Notes: generated by a model not told the origin, from the sequence alone. A stretch of 64,000 nt of DNA from a virus (IMGVR_UViG_3300027994_000001:57776-121775); one strand, 5' to 3'. Shown: positions 12,730-24,429, numbered from the stretch's first letter. Program-made: numbers and translations.

Positions 12730-13552
12730 TCTCTAGCATTTTATATTGCACTTCGATTTTATCGAGGTGTTCTTTAGCCATTGGTTTTCCAGAGGTATTT
12801 AACTTCAGAAAATAGTTCAATATATCTTTTTTCCTAAGGTTCTCACCTTTTGTAACGGCCACAGCAACAGCGGTGTCTTCGAAAACGTGTTTTAAACTCC
12901 AAGGAAGTTCAGAATAATAATATCCTTTGTAAGTAAACTGATCTGTGAAAAACCTATACAAGGCTGTCAAACGTTGACGACCGTCCAGGATCTCATACAT
13001 TAAGCCCTCACCATATCCCAAATGAATAAAAACAAATTTCCCAATATCGACATAATTAAAAATAGATTCTATCAGTTTTTGCTCATCTTCTAGACTCCAA
13101 ACTAAATCACGTTGATAAGAAGGATTAAAATTAACTCCAAAATTGATAATGTATGAACCTAATAAACTGCTTACTTGCTGCTGCATAAAACTAAGTCGTA
13201 AATCTTCACCTAATTTGATATCGCATTTATTGTCTGATAATTTAAAAATATCATACCACCCTAAAACTCTTTTTCTAGTTCGAATTTCAGTATTTGATGA
13301 ATAAGGTATATTCATTCTATAAGTTATTTCGATCTCATAGGTATCAGTTTTTAGAATATCAATAATTTTCGCAGAAATAAATCCTCCGTTAGAAACATAC
13401 ACTGATTCACCTATTATAAATTTCTTTCTTTCATTAGGTGCGTTACCTATTCTAGTAAAATCTTCTTGGATGTTTTCAATATCTTTAGCTTTATTTTGCT
13501 CGTAGATTTCATCTTGTGTTAGTTCTACTTTTTCTTTTTTATTTCTTGCCAT
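12719..13552 (-). CDS. DUF262 (ParB-like nuclease/GmrS N-domain) family protein
   Basis: Contains the DGQQR-type motif as ILDGRQRLTAL, characteristic of DUF262. Confidence 0.6.
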   Translation of the reverse strand: MARNKKEKVELTQDEIYEQNKAKDIENIQEDFTRIGNAPNERKKFIIGESVYVSNGGFISAKIIDILKTDTYEIEITYRMNIPYSSNTEIRTRKRVLGWYDIFKLSDNKCDIKLGEDLRLSFMQQQVSSLLGSYIINFGVNFNPSYQRDLVWSLEDEQKLIESIFNYVDIGKFVFIHLGYGEGLMYEILDGRQRLTALYRFFTDQFTYKGYYYSELPWSLKHVFEDTAVAVAVTKGENLRKKDILNYFLKLNTSGKPMAKEHLDKIEVQYKMLENGE

Positions 13553-13700
13553 AACTACAATTCTCTTTTAAAATAAAATTTTGTATCTTCTGATTGAGGA
13601 GTATTAACTTTACTCACTGACACCAATTCCCAACCTTCTAAACCGAAGTCATTCAAATTGTTTTCACCTAAATTAGTATCTATTTTGTATTCAAATTTTT

Positions 13701-14120
13701 TCATAGGTTTTGATTTAAAAGTTGAGGATTTTCATAAATATTTCCAATTACTTCATAGTAAATTGATGATTCTAAATTCTCCCCTTCATATCCAAATTCC
13801 TCGTTTCTCAGCCAAAAACCAAAATGAGTTAAATCTACTACATCTCTATTAGACTCTTTAATTGGAAGAGGGTGTTGCCATCTCTCATCGTCGGCATCCC
13901 AATCTTCTGCTATCTCCCAATCAGCGTCCATTTTAATTACGATATCTCCCTCGTAAATTTCTAGTCCGTTTTTATCTTTTAATCCTGTATACTGCATTGG
14001 AGTTATGAAGTATTTTTCAGGTTCTGTTAGGTAATACCAAGCGTGTTCTTTATTTATATCCTCATGTACAATCATTGTATTTCTATGTGTATCCCAAAAT
14101 CTGAATTTTATTTCTCGCAT
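13701..14120 (-). CDS. YopX family phage protein
   Basis: N-terminal MREIKFRFWD, internal YTGLKDKNGLEIYEGDIV and C-terminal GNIYENPQLL match the YopX family profile from memory. Confidence 0.7.
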   Translation of the reverse strand: MREIKFRFWDTHRNTMIVHEDINKEHAWYYLTEPEKYFITPMQYTGLKDKNGLEIYEGDIVIKMDADWEIAEDWDADDERWQHPLPIKESNRDVVDLTHFGFWLRNEEFGYEGENLESSIYYEVIGNIYENPQLLNQNL

Positions 14121-14172
14121 ATTTTTGTTTAATTTTGTTAGTCAAATCGGTTATTTTCCGTTTATCTGTTGA

Positions 14173-14205
14173 TTTTCGCGCAAAAAAGAAATAAAAACAG
14201 AAATT
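14173..14205 (-). promoter_or_regulatory. copy of recurrent motif, about 55 nt upstream of the YopX start
   Basis: TTTTCGCGCAAAAAAGAAATAAAAACAGAAATT between the GIY-YIG stop and the YopX start. Confidence 0.3.
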
Positions 14206-14250
14206 CTTCTGCAATACTACAACTTATATTATTACTGTGCAAGAGAAACA

Positions 14251-15042
14251 CTAATTATTTTTACAATACTTACATTCAGGCTGTATTATTTCTCCAGTTT
14301 CTCTTACTCTATATCTCCATAAGAAGCCTTTATACGATGCCTTCCAGCCATTACAAGTAGATAGCAAAGGACTAGTTTTGTAATTAGGGTTCTTTTCCAA
14401 TAGTTCTAACCTATTTTCAAAAGTCTCTAGTATTTCTCCGGTTAATTTATCTATTTTTAAATATTGATATAAATTATGATGCTCTGAGACCTTCTTCCTC
14501 ATGTCAATTTTTAATTGAGGATTTTCTTCCCATCGTCTATTTCTTTCTTCAATCCCTTTATATGTATTTGCAATATCTATTTTTAGCAAACCATTTGAGT
14601 GTCCTTCTTTTTTAAGATCTGACATGTATTTCTTTTGCTCATCTGACCAATAATTACCAAAGTTAGGATTATCCTCACCTAGAAATTTTCCTTTATATTC
14701 TCTTGACATCTTGTCTCGTTGCCATTGCTCCATTTTTCTACCATGTGTAGATTCTCCACCATTAGTAAGATTCAATAAATTGCCACCACAACAATCGGCT
14801 CTTTTATAATAAGCAATCAAAAGAATTTCTAATTCACAAGCCTCTTCTTTAGTTAAACCTGTAGTAAGTATTTGAACTTCATAATTAGAACAAATTTCAA
14901 TAAATTCTTTCCATTTTTTACTTCGATGTTTTTTATTATAAGGTCTTTTAAGATTATTTCCTATACCAATATAAAATACCATTCCTTCTGAAGTTAGGTG
15001 TCTATAGATACAATAAGGTTTTTCTTTCGTATTTTTATTCAT
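14251..15042 (-). CDS. GIY-YIG homing endonuclease
   Basis: CIYRH...VFYIGIG (GIY/YIG), conserved Arg, EEACELE glutamate, NLTNGG Asn block; long basic C-terminal DNA-binding extension. Lies immediately 3' of the DNA polymerase gene. Confidence 0.75.
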   Translation of the reverse strand: MNKNTKEKPYCIYRHLTSEGMVFYIGIGNNLKRPYNKKHRSKKWKEFIEICSNYEVQILTTGLTKEEACELEILLIAYYKRADCCGGNLLNLTNGGESTHGRKMEQWQRDKMSREYKGKFLGEDNPNFGNYWSDEQKKYMSDLKKEGHSNGLLKIDIANTYKGIEERNRRWEENPQLKIDMRKKVSEHHNLYQYLKIDKLTGEILETFENRLELLEKNPNYKTSPLLSTCNGWKASYKGFLWRYRVRETGEIIQPECKYCKNN

Positions 15043-17146
15043 TTTTTACCTTAGTTTTAGAAGGTTTTATTTCTTTTGGTTCGCCATGAATATCAGATAA
15101 ATACTGTCTCCAGTAAGTGTTATATTGTAATTCTGTGGGTATTTTTGAAATTATAAATTTGAGATAATTTTCTTCTTCTCTTTCTCTTTTCTTCTGTTCG
15201 ATTAAAGCTTTCCTTTCAGCTTCCAATCTTTCCTCTGTTCCATCTACACTGTGAATAATTCGAAAAGCTTGATTGATATAATAATCATAATCAACTTCAT
15301 AATTTTCAGATTTATAATAATCCATAAACATTGAGATTTTACTACCACCAACTGTTATTTCTTTACGACCATCATTATAATTTTTTCGCAAATTATCACC
15401 GTTAGTTGAAACATAAAATCTAATTACTTTATCGTTGATATTTTTTATAATATTTTCCTCATCATCTTCTAATGTATAATTCTGATTACTTTGTATCTTT
15501 TTACCTATACAAAAATCATATATCCCTTGATTCTCTATTTTACCGTAATTACCTACTGATAAATGATTTTTAACTGTTTCTTCTACTGGCACATTGTGAA
15601 TAAAATATCTCATAACTGCAATTTGTACAATTCTTTGACTACGATTTTTATGCATTTCTACATCAATTTCAAAAGCGCCTTTCATTTTTAATTTACCATT
15701 TGTATCAATCCCCAGGTAATTATTTATATCACGGGTAAACAATTTATCATAAACTGAATATTCTAATTGTAATTCAGTTAGATTTTCAATTGATACACAG
15801 GTATTATATACTTCTCTTTTTTTATCTTTAGGTACAATTAACTCAAGACCATCGGTATTTGCCATTACAATCTTAACACCTTCTATTTTAGAGAGCTGTT
15901 CACAGAGCATTGAAAGTATTAACTGACCATTTACTGTGATAGCCATTTGAAATAATTTATCGTAAAGAAAACTGTATTCATCGCCTCCTTTACCAAAAGC
16001 CGCATTTAAAAGTAACTTAATTGCCGTATTTTGAGGGTTTGATTTAGGAATTAATTTACGTTTTTCAAACAATTCTTCATATAATACACAAAAAGCTTCA
16101 GATAAATGTTCTGGGTAAAATCTATTTTTGATCGAGATATTTGGGTAAAAACTTGCAAAATCTATCGAAAGTACAATTTCTTTTTCATTTGAATTAAATA
16201 TAGAATTTCCTCTTGCAAAATGGAGGCCTCCTAAACCATAGAAATATTCACCTTCATCGAATACCATTAAATGTTTAAAAGCATCTTTAGTATCTTCGGT
16301 AATAATTTGTTCTTTAAAAAAGTCTAAAACAGAATTGAATTCAGGTGTTTCAAATTTAATATAAGGAAGAATTATATTTTTTAATTCAATTGTTTTACGG
16401 CGAGTTTGCATTTTCTTTAGTTTACTTTTTTCAATATCTAATTTCTCAGACATCAAATCTAAAAATAATGCTTCTCCAATACTACTATCTGATTTATTAA
16501 ATAATTCTAGATGAGGATTCTCCATCTGTTGAGTAAATCTTAATTCAACTAATTTTTCTGATTTCTTGAAAAATTCTTCTGTTGCGTCTACGTCATTATG
16601 ACAATAAAGAATAACATCGTCAAATTTACCTATTTCAAGAACTTCATCAAATTTATAAGGTAAATCTTGAACTTTTTTCCAGTTCATGGAGTACTCGATC
16701 CACTTTAAGCTACAAGATCTTGCACGATTATTGTAATGGTTCTGTAAAAATAAGTCTAACTGTTGACAAGATAATTTAGATTCTTGATATGGAGGAAATT
16801 CTTTTCTATTTATTTTTTCAATAACAGACTGAGCAAATTCCATAATATGTTTTGCCTTAGTTTTTCCTGTCAGTTTTTTAAATGGCTCTTTAGCTTCCAT
16901 TAACCATTGAAGGACTTGCGCATCAAATCGGCAATTATTGAATCCGATGAAAAACCAGCGTTTTAAAGCACCTTCTTTTAGAAAAGCTATTAGTTCTTCA
17001 TACTGATCTTTTCTCTCGCTTATTTCGAATGTTTTATACCTTCCTTGATATTTAAATACAACACAAAAGATACTTAGAAAAGTTTCAATATCATAAGTTA
17101 AGAATATTATTTGTTCTTTGTTCTCTTCTACTCCTTTATCTTCCAT
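15035..17146 (-). CDS. family B DNA polymerase with 3'-5' proofreading exonuclease (703 aa)
   Basis: Exo I YDIETF, Exo II GFNNCRFDAQVL, Exo III YCHNDVDAT; polymerase motif A IDFASFYPNI (DxxSLYPS), motif B KLLLNAAFGK (KxxxNSxYG), motif C MANTDGL (DTD). Confidence 0.85.
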   Translation of the reverse strand: MEDKGVEENKEQIIFLTYDIETFLSIFCVVFKYQGRYKTFEISERKDQYEELIAFLKEGALKRWFFIGFNNCRFDAQVLQWLMEAKEPFKKLTGKTKAKHIMEFAQSVIEKINRKEFPPYQESKLSCQQLDLFLQNHYNNRARSCSLKWIEYSMNWKKVQDLPYKFDEVLEIGKFDDVILYCHNDVDATEEFFKKSEKLVELRFTQQMENPHLELFNKSDSSIGEALFLDLMSEKLDIEKSKLKKMQTRRKTIELKNIILPYIKFETPEFNSVLDFFKEQIITEDTKDAFKHLMVFDEGEYFYGLGGLHFARGNSIFNSNEKEIVLSIDFASFYPNISIKNRFYPEHLSEAFCVLYEELFEKRKLIPKSNPQNTAIKLLLNAAFGKGGDEYSFLYDKLFQMAITVNGQLILSMLCEQLSKIEGVKIVMANTDGLELIVPKDKKREVYNTCVSIENLTELQLEYSVYDKLFTRDINNYLGIDTNGKLKMKGAFEIDVEMHKNRSQRIVQIAVMRYFIHNVPVEETVKNHLSVGNYGKIENQGIYDFCIGKKIQSNQNYTLEDDEENIIKNINDKVIRFYVSTNGDNLRKNYNDGRKEITVGGSKISMFMDYYKSENYEVDYDYYINQAFRIIHSVDGTEERLEAERKALIEQKKREREEENYLKFIISKIPTELQYNTYWRQYLSDIHGEPKEIKPSKTKVKNE

Positions 17147-18507
17147 CCTTCACGTTTTAATAAAAATTACCTACACCAACACCCATCAAATAAAAATCTT
17201 TTCCTAATCCATCTACACTAAACTCGAAATCTTTGAAGTATTTAAAGCACCTGTCATCCATTATATTAGGAAAAGGCAGTAACTTAAACTTACCGTCTAT
17301 AACTTCTGTTGTTCTCATAAAAGCTTTACCATTAGGTTTTACTTTTAAGTGAGGAAATAACTCCATTTCTTTAGTTAAAATAGTGTGTGCAAAGTGATTC
17401 CAGAACCATCTCCCTCCGTCTCCATAGAATTCAGGATTAGGGTCTCCAAATTTTGTAACTCCCCATCCGTCTTCTTTCATTTTAGTCTGAGAGTCTGTTC
17501 TTTCTTTATGAAGTTTGGTTTGTAGATGTGTTCTTAGTTCTTCTGTGAATAGAGGATATATTATGTCGTTTTTTCTGATTTCTATTTTCATTGTTTTTAT
17601 CCCGCGAAATTAATATAAATCCTCACTATATAAAGTTCCTTTTCCACCACTCACCATAATAATCTGGTCAGCTTTTTCTGCTATATTCCAAGCTTCTTCT
17701 CTGTCTACAAATCTATTTAGATTAGTTAGAAATCCTTGAATACTTTCTCCGGCTTCACAATCTCTTAAACCTGTTACTGCACTTTTTGTATAAATGCATT
17801 GTCCGTGTCTTAGTCCTGTAAATACTACTCCTGATTCACAATTCTTTGGTAAATACCTATTTAAAGGCACTTCTTTATTTTTTATATGTGGGAATTCTTT
17901 ATACCAAACTGCTGCACATAATATGTATTCTTTCATCTCCTACTTTTTTTGTTTTAAAACTTTTCGTAGCCTCTTTTTCCGCGAAATCCTTAATAAAGTA
18001 AACTTTCTCTGCTCAATACTTTAAAAAATCCCACAAATTCATCCCTATCTCTAAAATCTTGAATGAAATTTTCTATGTCTCCAGTAAGCTTATATAAAAC
18101 CCACGCATAACCTTTATAGATTATTCTATAGTCTTCTATATAGTCAAAAATAAGACAATCTTCTGTTTCTCTGAAACCCAGCTCTATTAGGTCTTCATTT
18201 TCTAATGCTATTTTGTAGTCTCTCATTTTTCAGTTTTACGCGAAATTATTTAAAAAATTTACCTTCTTTCAGTAATTTATTTTGATCATATCCTCCATAT
18301 TCACCTCCAGACAACATATATTTTATTTCATCAATCTCCATAGTTTCTAAAATCTGAGAGTAATAAAGTTCATATTCCTTTCCAGTCGCTATAGAGGTTA
18401 CAATTATCTCTCTTTCATAAACATCTTTTACTATTGCTTTAAAAGGACATTTTTCTGCATAAGTTGATTTGTAATTACCGTTGTCTAATACAATTACTGT
18501 TCTTTCA

Positions 18508-19086
18508 TCAAATTTTTTCATCTGTTTCTACCTTTTTCGCCGATTTTATCATATTTAAACCCTCTTGCAAGCCAAACTCCAAAGCATCCTCATATTTCTT
18601 CCAATCGTTATATTCATCATACCAGCCATTAACATTAGCAGTTCCATCAATTTCTTTTCCATTATAATACCCCCAACTTGTATAAAATTGAGACCCTTTA
18701 TCTTTAGGATCATAGTCATGATATGATTCAACTCCAATATTATGTGTTTCTCTAAGCCATTTTTTAAGTAAGCTTTGTGTTGGAAATTGTATCTGTAGAT
18801 ATTTTTTACCCGCTTTAAATATTTTCTTAAACTCTTCTAAGTCACATTCAAAATCTTCATAATAATTTCCATTTAAAAATACTTTTGGTTCAAAGGGAAT
18901 TTTAGTCTTATGATCACAATCTTTACTCCACATTACATATACAGTAGTATCTGCATCAAACTCTGGTATATTTAAGTCGTGTAATATTTTTGCCGTCTCT
19001 AAACTTATTAACTGCTCTTTCATGGTTTTACTTAGTATATTCCACAATATTAGGGTTAAAAATCCTGATTTGTCTGCCATCTTCAA
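18508..19086 (-). CDS. hypothetical phage protein
   Basis: 192-aa ORF in the array. Confidence 0.45.
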   Translation of the reverse strand: MKMADKSGFLTLILWNILSKTMKEQLISLETAKILHDLNIPEFDADTTVYVMWSKDCDHKTKIPFEPKVFLNGNYYEDFECDLEEFKKIFKAGKKYLQIQFPTQSLLKKWLRETHNIGVESYHDYDPKDKGSQFYTSWGYYNGKEIDGTANVNGWYDEYNDWKKYEDALEFGLQEGLNMIKSAKKVETDEKI

Positions 19087-20490
19087 AAACAGCGAGATAA
19101 TTTAAAGGTATGTCAGTACTTGGCAGCCATTCTTGTATTGTTACTACACCATTCTGTCCAACTTCAAACCAGTCATAATCTTCTCCTGCTCCGTCTCTGC
19201 TTTCTGTTGATCCCACTTGATGCCAGTTGTATTTTAGTTTCTTTACTTTCATTTTTTCTGTTTTTATTCTTTTTTCGCCGAAATTAATTACCCGTTCCAT
19301 ATTTTAAATTTCACTATACCACCTTTAGTCTTCTGACAGCTTACATGAAAAGGTGTGTATTGTTCTGTTTCTACTTTTACTCCAGAATCTTTATCAGTTT
19401 CTTTTACATTATATTTGTAATTCCACATTCCTAAAAATCCCTCTTCTTTATATGTAGTTGAATAGTCTTCAATATATTTAGCTATAGTTAACAATTGAGC
19501 TTCTATATTTAATTCTTCGTTTAATTCTATTTGTAATTTCATCTTTTATTTCTTTTCAAAATTAAATCCTCTACGAATTATATACAACTGCTCTTGCCTT
19601 TGTTCTAAACTGCCAAACATACCGCCGAATATTTTGCATAAGTAAGGGTCGTTCATGTCTAATGTTTTCCACCACTCTTTCATAGTTTCTCAAATTTAGA
19701 ATAAAACTCAGAAGTCTCTCTGCAAAATCTTAAATATCCTTCTTCATTAGTATAATAAGTACAGTTAATCCATTTTCTTGTAGTTGGATCTTTTACTAAT
19801 ACGTTTTCTCTTATTACTGTGTATTTGTTTTCTTTGTAGGTGTAAATCTGTTTCTTTTTAGGTTCTTTTTTCGCGGAAAATACTAAATATCCAGCACCAC
19901 CAGCACATAAAACCTGTCCAAACACAGTGTTAATCATGTATCTTATTAATTCCATTTCAGAAACTAAGTAAAAGAAAGAATTAAATAACAGATTGAATAC
20001 AGTTAATGCTAATAATAACCCTGAATATAATTTAAATTTATTCATCTTTCAATACTTTTAATATTTTTACTTTTCCTTGGCCGCCATATAATACGTGACC
20101 TACTCTAAAATCTGCATTTAAAATTAACGTAAACACAGGTAGTTTAGGAATAATTTTAAACCATCTTAGAATTTTCTTCCATAGAGCGGTTTTTATTTCT
20201 GTTGTTACTTTGTACCGTACCATAGTTTTTCTTCTATCTTTTCTAGTTTTTTATTGCGGCGAGTTCCCTTTTCCCAATACGTATTTAAAATAATCTCTTT
20301 CAGAGCATTATAGCATTCCCAGTACCCATTTTGTTTTGATATATTAACACTCGCTACGTGCCTAATCGGAGATGTAAAAAATGTATAATTATCTATAAGA
20401 ACTACACAAGGCATACTTGTTTCCCATCTATCTCCACCAAAACTATACCCATTAGGGTAATAATTTATTTCAAATCTTTTGCGGACTTTT

Positions 20491-21072
20491 CTAAGCAGTT
20501 TTGTTTTCATCTTCTTTAAGTCTTTTACAAATATAATCAAAAGCATCAAATACAATTTCCAACCATGTATGAAGTGACTTACAAAACGGAATATCTTCAT
20601 GATCTAGAAAATCAGGCCTACTGTAATCTCTGTAAGCGTGGTATGTGTATTCTATTTCATCATCAACATAATTAAGAAGCTCTTCATAGAATTCCTTTGC
20701 TCTGAATAGCTCACTATCTTTATAACCTTGTTCTTCTAGACCTGATTCTATTAATTCCAACAATTCTTTTTCAGTTTCTTTTGCATCGTAATGTGATGAC
20801 TCTTGCTGGCTTGATTGTCTTAATTTGCCCGCCCAATAACCATCAGAAACAAATCCATCAGGACTGGGATGGAATTCTCTATCAAATACCCAATTAGCAA
20901 AGTCACCTGTTACTGTTAATACCCCGCAGGAATTAATAAATGTAACTCTATTTGTGTATTCGCTATCTGGAAGTTTAAAGTCCCAAACATCTAAATTATG
21001 TTTTGTTATAGGATTTGTGTAATGTGTTTCTAATAAAATATGTTTACTGAAATCTACGTTTCTTCTGCTCAT
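20491..21072 (-). CDS. hypothetical phage protein
   Basis: 193-aa ORF in the array. Confidence 0.45.
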   Translation of the reverse strand: MSRRNVDFSKHILLETHYTNPITKHNLDVWDFKLPDSEYTNRVTFINSCGVLTVTGDFANWVFDREFHPSPDGFVSDGYWAGKLRQSSQQESSHYDAKETEKELLELIESGLEEQGYKDSELFRAKEFYEELLNYVDDEIEYTYHAYRDYSRPDFLDHEDIPFCKSLHTWLEIVFDAFDYICKRLKEDENKTA

Positions 21073-23154
21073 AATTCTTTCTTTAAATCTTTAAGTACAT
21101 CTTTTAAAATCATTATCCTGCTCTTAAACAGCTCTTTATTTTCTGTTAGTGAATTCAGGAATATTATTTTGTTCTCTATTATCTGGATAGCTTTTTCCAT
21201 CAGTTATAAATATTTTAATTGTTTGTCCTGCGTCTTGATATTCAATTTCTACGTTTATATCACCTCGTTTAATATAAGCTCTTCCTTCTCCTTTAGACGT
21301 ATGGTCAATTACTTCAAGTCTGTTTACTTTATTCATCATTATATCTTTTTATACCAATCTGGATTATCCTCAACTTCTTCTTTACTTACTTGATAACTGT
21401 CATAAATATCGCTGTAATAGACAAAACCAACTGTAGGTGCGTATCTAATTAAAATTGTTCCTTTCTTCCAGGTCTTCGGCAGGGACGGATACCATTTCTT
21501 TAATTTGTAAGTCATAATAAATGTCTTTATTTAAGTTAAAATTGTTTTCATGTTCTATTGAGTCTTGGAGAAATGTGTTATTCTGCATTATTTGTGTATT
21601 CAGCTATTATTGTATAAAAACCATATTTCTCAATATTTTCTTCAAGAAACTTTTCCGCATCTTCTAAAGAGTCAAAACCATCACTCATTTGTCTGGATCT
21701 GTCCCAATCTTCATAATCGAAAGTTCTAAATAGAATTGATTGTGCTTTGTAACTTGAATACCCGCTATATACAGTTTCTGTTTCTAATGATGTTTCAACT
21801 CTCTCGTAAATTCTATATTTCTTTATCATAATCTTTATTTAACTGGTCTAAGACGGTTTTAATTTCTTTTTCCTGCGCTAATTTACAAATTTCTTTCATT
21901 AATTAAAAGATGAAGTTTCCTCAACCATAATCTGCTCAATTTTCGTGCAAAAAAGATCAAAAACAGAGTCACTTTCGTCATAACCCTCCATTTCTCCATC
22001 ATAATCAAAAGTAACATGTCCTTGATAATTCTGTATCTCTAACCCATTATTGTAAACTGTAACTTTTTCTCCATTACTATTGAGATTTTCATATTCAAAT
22101 GAATAACCGCATTCTACTAGTTTTAATAATACCTTTTTCATAATTATTTAATGTTATATTGTGGAAACCCATATTTAATATTAGCTTGATATTCTGCTTC
22201 TGTCCTACTAAACTTCTTTATAATTTCAACTGCATGTAACTTAGCGTAATTATCCATAAACCAAATCATATCTGTTAGAGTATAATCATTTAAAAGTACT
22301 CCGGCTTGTTTCTCTTCTATAAATTGTTTTGCTGTCATCTTTAAATTATTTTATGCGGCCAAATTAATTGATCCTGTTTTTGTAATAAATTGATATTTTT
22401 AAATATTCCAATAGGCGCAGGCTTATTAGATAAAAATCCGCAGGTAACGCACCAAGTAATACCAAAACTATTATCTTTTAACTTATGTTTTCCTTTTATG
22501 CAGTTACTTCTTCTTTCCCAGTAGATTCTTAACTGTTCTTCTTTGTCCATATCTTAGGTTCGGTTTCTGGAATGTAATACTCTCTTCTAAAAATAATATT
22601 TTCTAGTTTTGCGGCTTTTAAAACCCATGCTTCATATAACGCATCAACTTTTTCAGTAGGCAGGTCATAAGACTTACAAAGGTGTATTACTCTATACAGC
22701 TCATTATAATTTCTTCTACATTTATTTAGAATTATTTTCAGTCTTTTTGTAGATTTTTTATCCGCCCACTCTTGTCTGTGTAATTTAACTAAACTCATTA
22801 TTTTTATTTATTATAAGATTCATTATGAAGAAAAACAAAATACTCGGCAAACTCCTTATCAACAGCCCCCGAACCAATAATATAAAACTCTTCGTTATTT
22901 TCTCCATATAAAATAGGTTCATCAGGCTCAATAATCCTGCACCAGCAAGTGTCATTACCACAACTGCTGGTTTTCCACTTTACTTGCAAAGCTAATTCAG
23001 AAGCCTCATCTAATGTATATTTTTCCATAATATCTATTTATTACGCTTTCGCTTTTATATTTGACAAACTTATAACTAATATTTTGATTACACAAGAGAA
23101 AAATGATTTATTTTTACAATTGGGTATAGTTAGGGCTTTTATCAGTATCTTATA

Positions 23155-23589
23155 TTACTTCCGTTTTCTTTTTTTACCCTTCTTTTCCAAAGGTTTATAA
23201 GTAGATTCAGGGAGCTTGTTTTTACTTTTTAGTGCATCATATTTATCTTGTAACTCCCTGTCAGTTGGGTTCATGGAAAATGTCCTCTTACTTTTTCTTT
23301 TTTTCTTATCCTTTCGTAGCTTCTTTTTATTCGAAGGTGTAGCTCTTACAAAAGACATTATATCCCTGCCCTTATGCTCTTTTTCATGACAAACTTTACA
23401 AAGGGTTATTAGACAGTCATCAGGTACCTCCCACGGCATTTTATCCGGCAGATAGTATTTGTGGTGAACATGTAATTGCTCTTTACAATCACACTTCACG
23501 CATTTATATCCATCTCGTTTTTTAATTTTTTCTCTTTTAGCTAACCACTCAGGAGATTTTAAAGCCTGTTGATATTGTTTTTTATTCAT
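23155..23589 (-). CDS. HNH endonuclease with lysine-rich C-terminal tail
   Basis: CVKCDCKEQLHVHHKYY...LITLCKVCHEKEH is a canonical HNH/zinc motif. Confidence 0.7.
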   Translation of the reverse strand: MNKKQYQQALKSPEWLAKREKIKKRDGYKCVKCDCKEQLHVHHKYYLPDKMPWEVPDDCLITLCKVCHEKEHKGRDIMSFVRATPSNKKKLRKDKKKRKSKRTFSMNPTDRELQDKYDALKSKNKLPESTYKPLEKKGKKRKRK

Positions 23590-23712
23590 TAAATTAAGTT
23601 AGGGTTCTCTCTTCTCCACTTACTTATTTCAGATTCAGGCAATTCTTGTTCATCATCAGAATCCATGTATAACCAATATCTTGTTTCTTCGTTAAGTGCC
23701 ATAATTATTTAT

Positions 23713-23740
23713 TTTTGTGGAGAGTGCAGGATTTGAACCT
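23713..23740 (-). tRNA. tRNA-like 3' fragment (T-arm plus acceptor 3' strand) rather than a complete tRNA
   Basis: Minus-strand read gives GTAGG-TTCAAAT-CCTGC (T-stem/loop with GGTTCAAATCC consensus), then ACTCTCC and a discriminator A. The only matching 5' acceptor strand (GGGGAGT) lies about 117 nt upstream, and no D-arm or anticodon arm can be folded in between. Confidence 0.3.
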
Positions 23741-24266
23741 ACGGTAATTTAAAGGGAACTCAGTAACTAGATATTTACCTTTAAAAGATTGCGCCCTTGA
23801 CCAGCCCGACTAGTATTTAGCTTTCAAACTCCCCTTGATTAATTTTATTTTAACATTATTGCACCAAAATCAGTATTATGTAATTTAGAATCCTCAAAGG
23901 AATATAGAACAAAAGGGACAATAGGGTAATTCACATTTTCAATAGTAAAATAACCCTCTTCTAAAGGAATAAAATAACTGATTCCGCCTTTATCTACATG
24001 AGATGGATAATTTTTACTTGGTTTAAATATTTCATATGTGGCTGGAAAATCAATTCCATTTATAACAAATTTATTTACTACCTCGGCTCTCAATCTATCA
24101 GACCAATTAACATCGTAACAATCTAACCTTGTCTCCTTTAATTCTTTTTGCAATAACTTGTTTAGTTGTGCAATTATTGTAAAATCTGAGGAAATGCCTC
24201 CATAACTTACTAAGTCCATAATTTATATTTTTGTCAAATTTATAATATATTATTTAATAATCCTAA

Positions 24267-24299
24267 TTTTCCGCGGAAAAAGATTTAAAAACAAAAAAG
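24267..24299 (-). promoter_or_regulatory. copy of recurrent motif with a downstream Bacteroidota-type -7 box candidate
   Basis: TTTTCCGCGGAAAAAGATTTAAAAACAAAAAAG; on the coding strand a TAAATTTG (TAnnTTTG) lies about 16 nt upstream of the ATG of ORF 23845..24219. Confidence 0.35.
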
Positions 24300-24311
24300 A
24301 CAGATATCTCT
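24282..24311 (-). terminator. candidate intrinsic terminator after the helicase gene
   Basis: Minus-strand read AGACAG-gtagagatat-CTGTCT followed by TTTTTTG; a 6-bp stem plus T-run just 3' of the helicase stop. Confidence 0.35.
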
Positions 24312-24429
24312 ACCTGTCTCTAATAAAATCTCCCCTAACTGCTTTCACTGATAAGACAAGCTTACCTACGGGTCTTTCGGGCACACAGGTTTGGGAGAAA
24401 GCTAATGGAGTGCCTTGTTCACTTTATTA

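Noticed and set aside
23590-23845. Complete tRNA gene
   Set aside because: Only a T-arm and acceptor 3' strand are convincing. The span to the only complementary 5' strand is about 117 nt, with no foldable D or anticodon arms, so it is kept as a tRNA-like fragment only.
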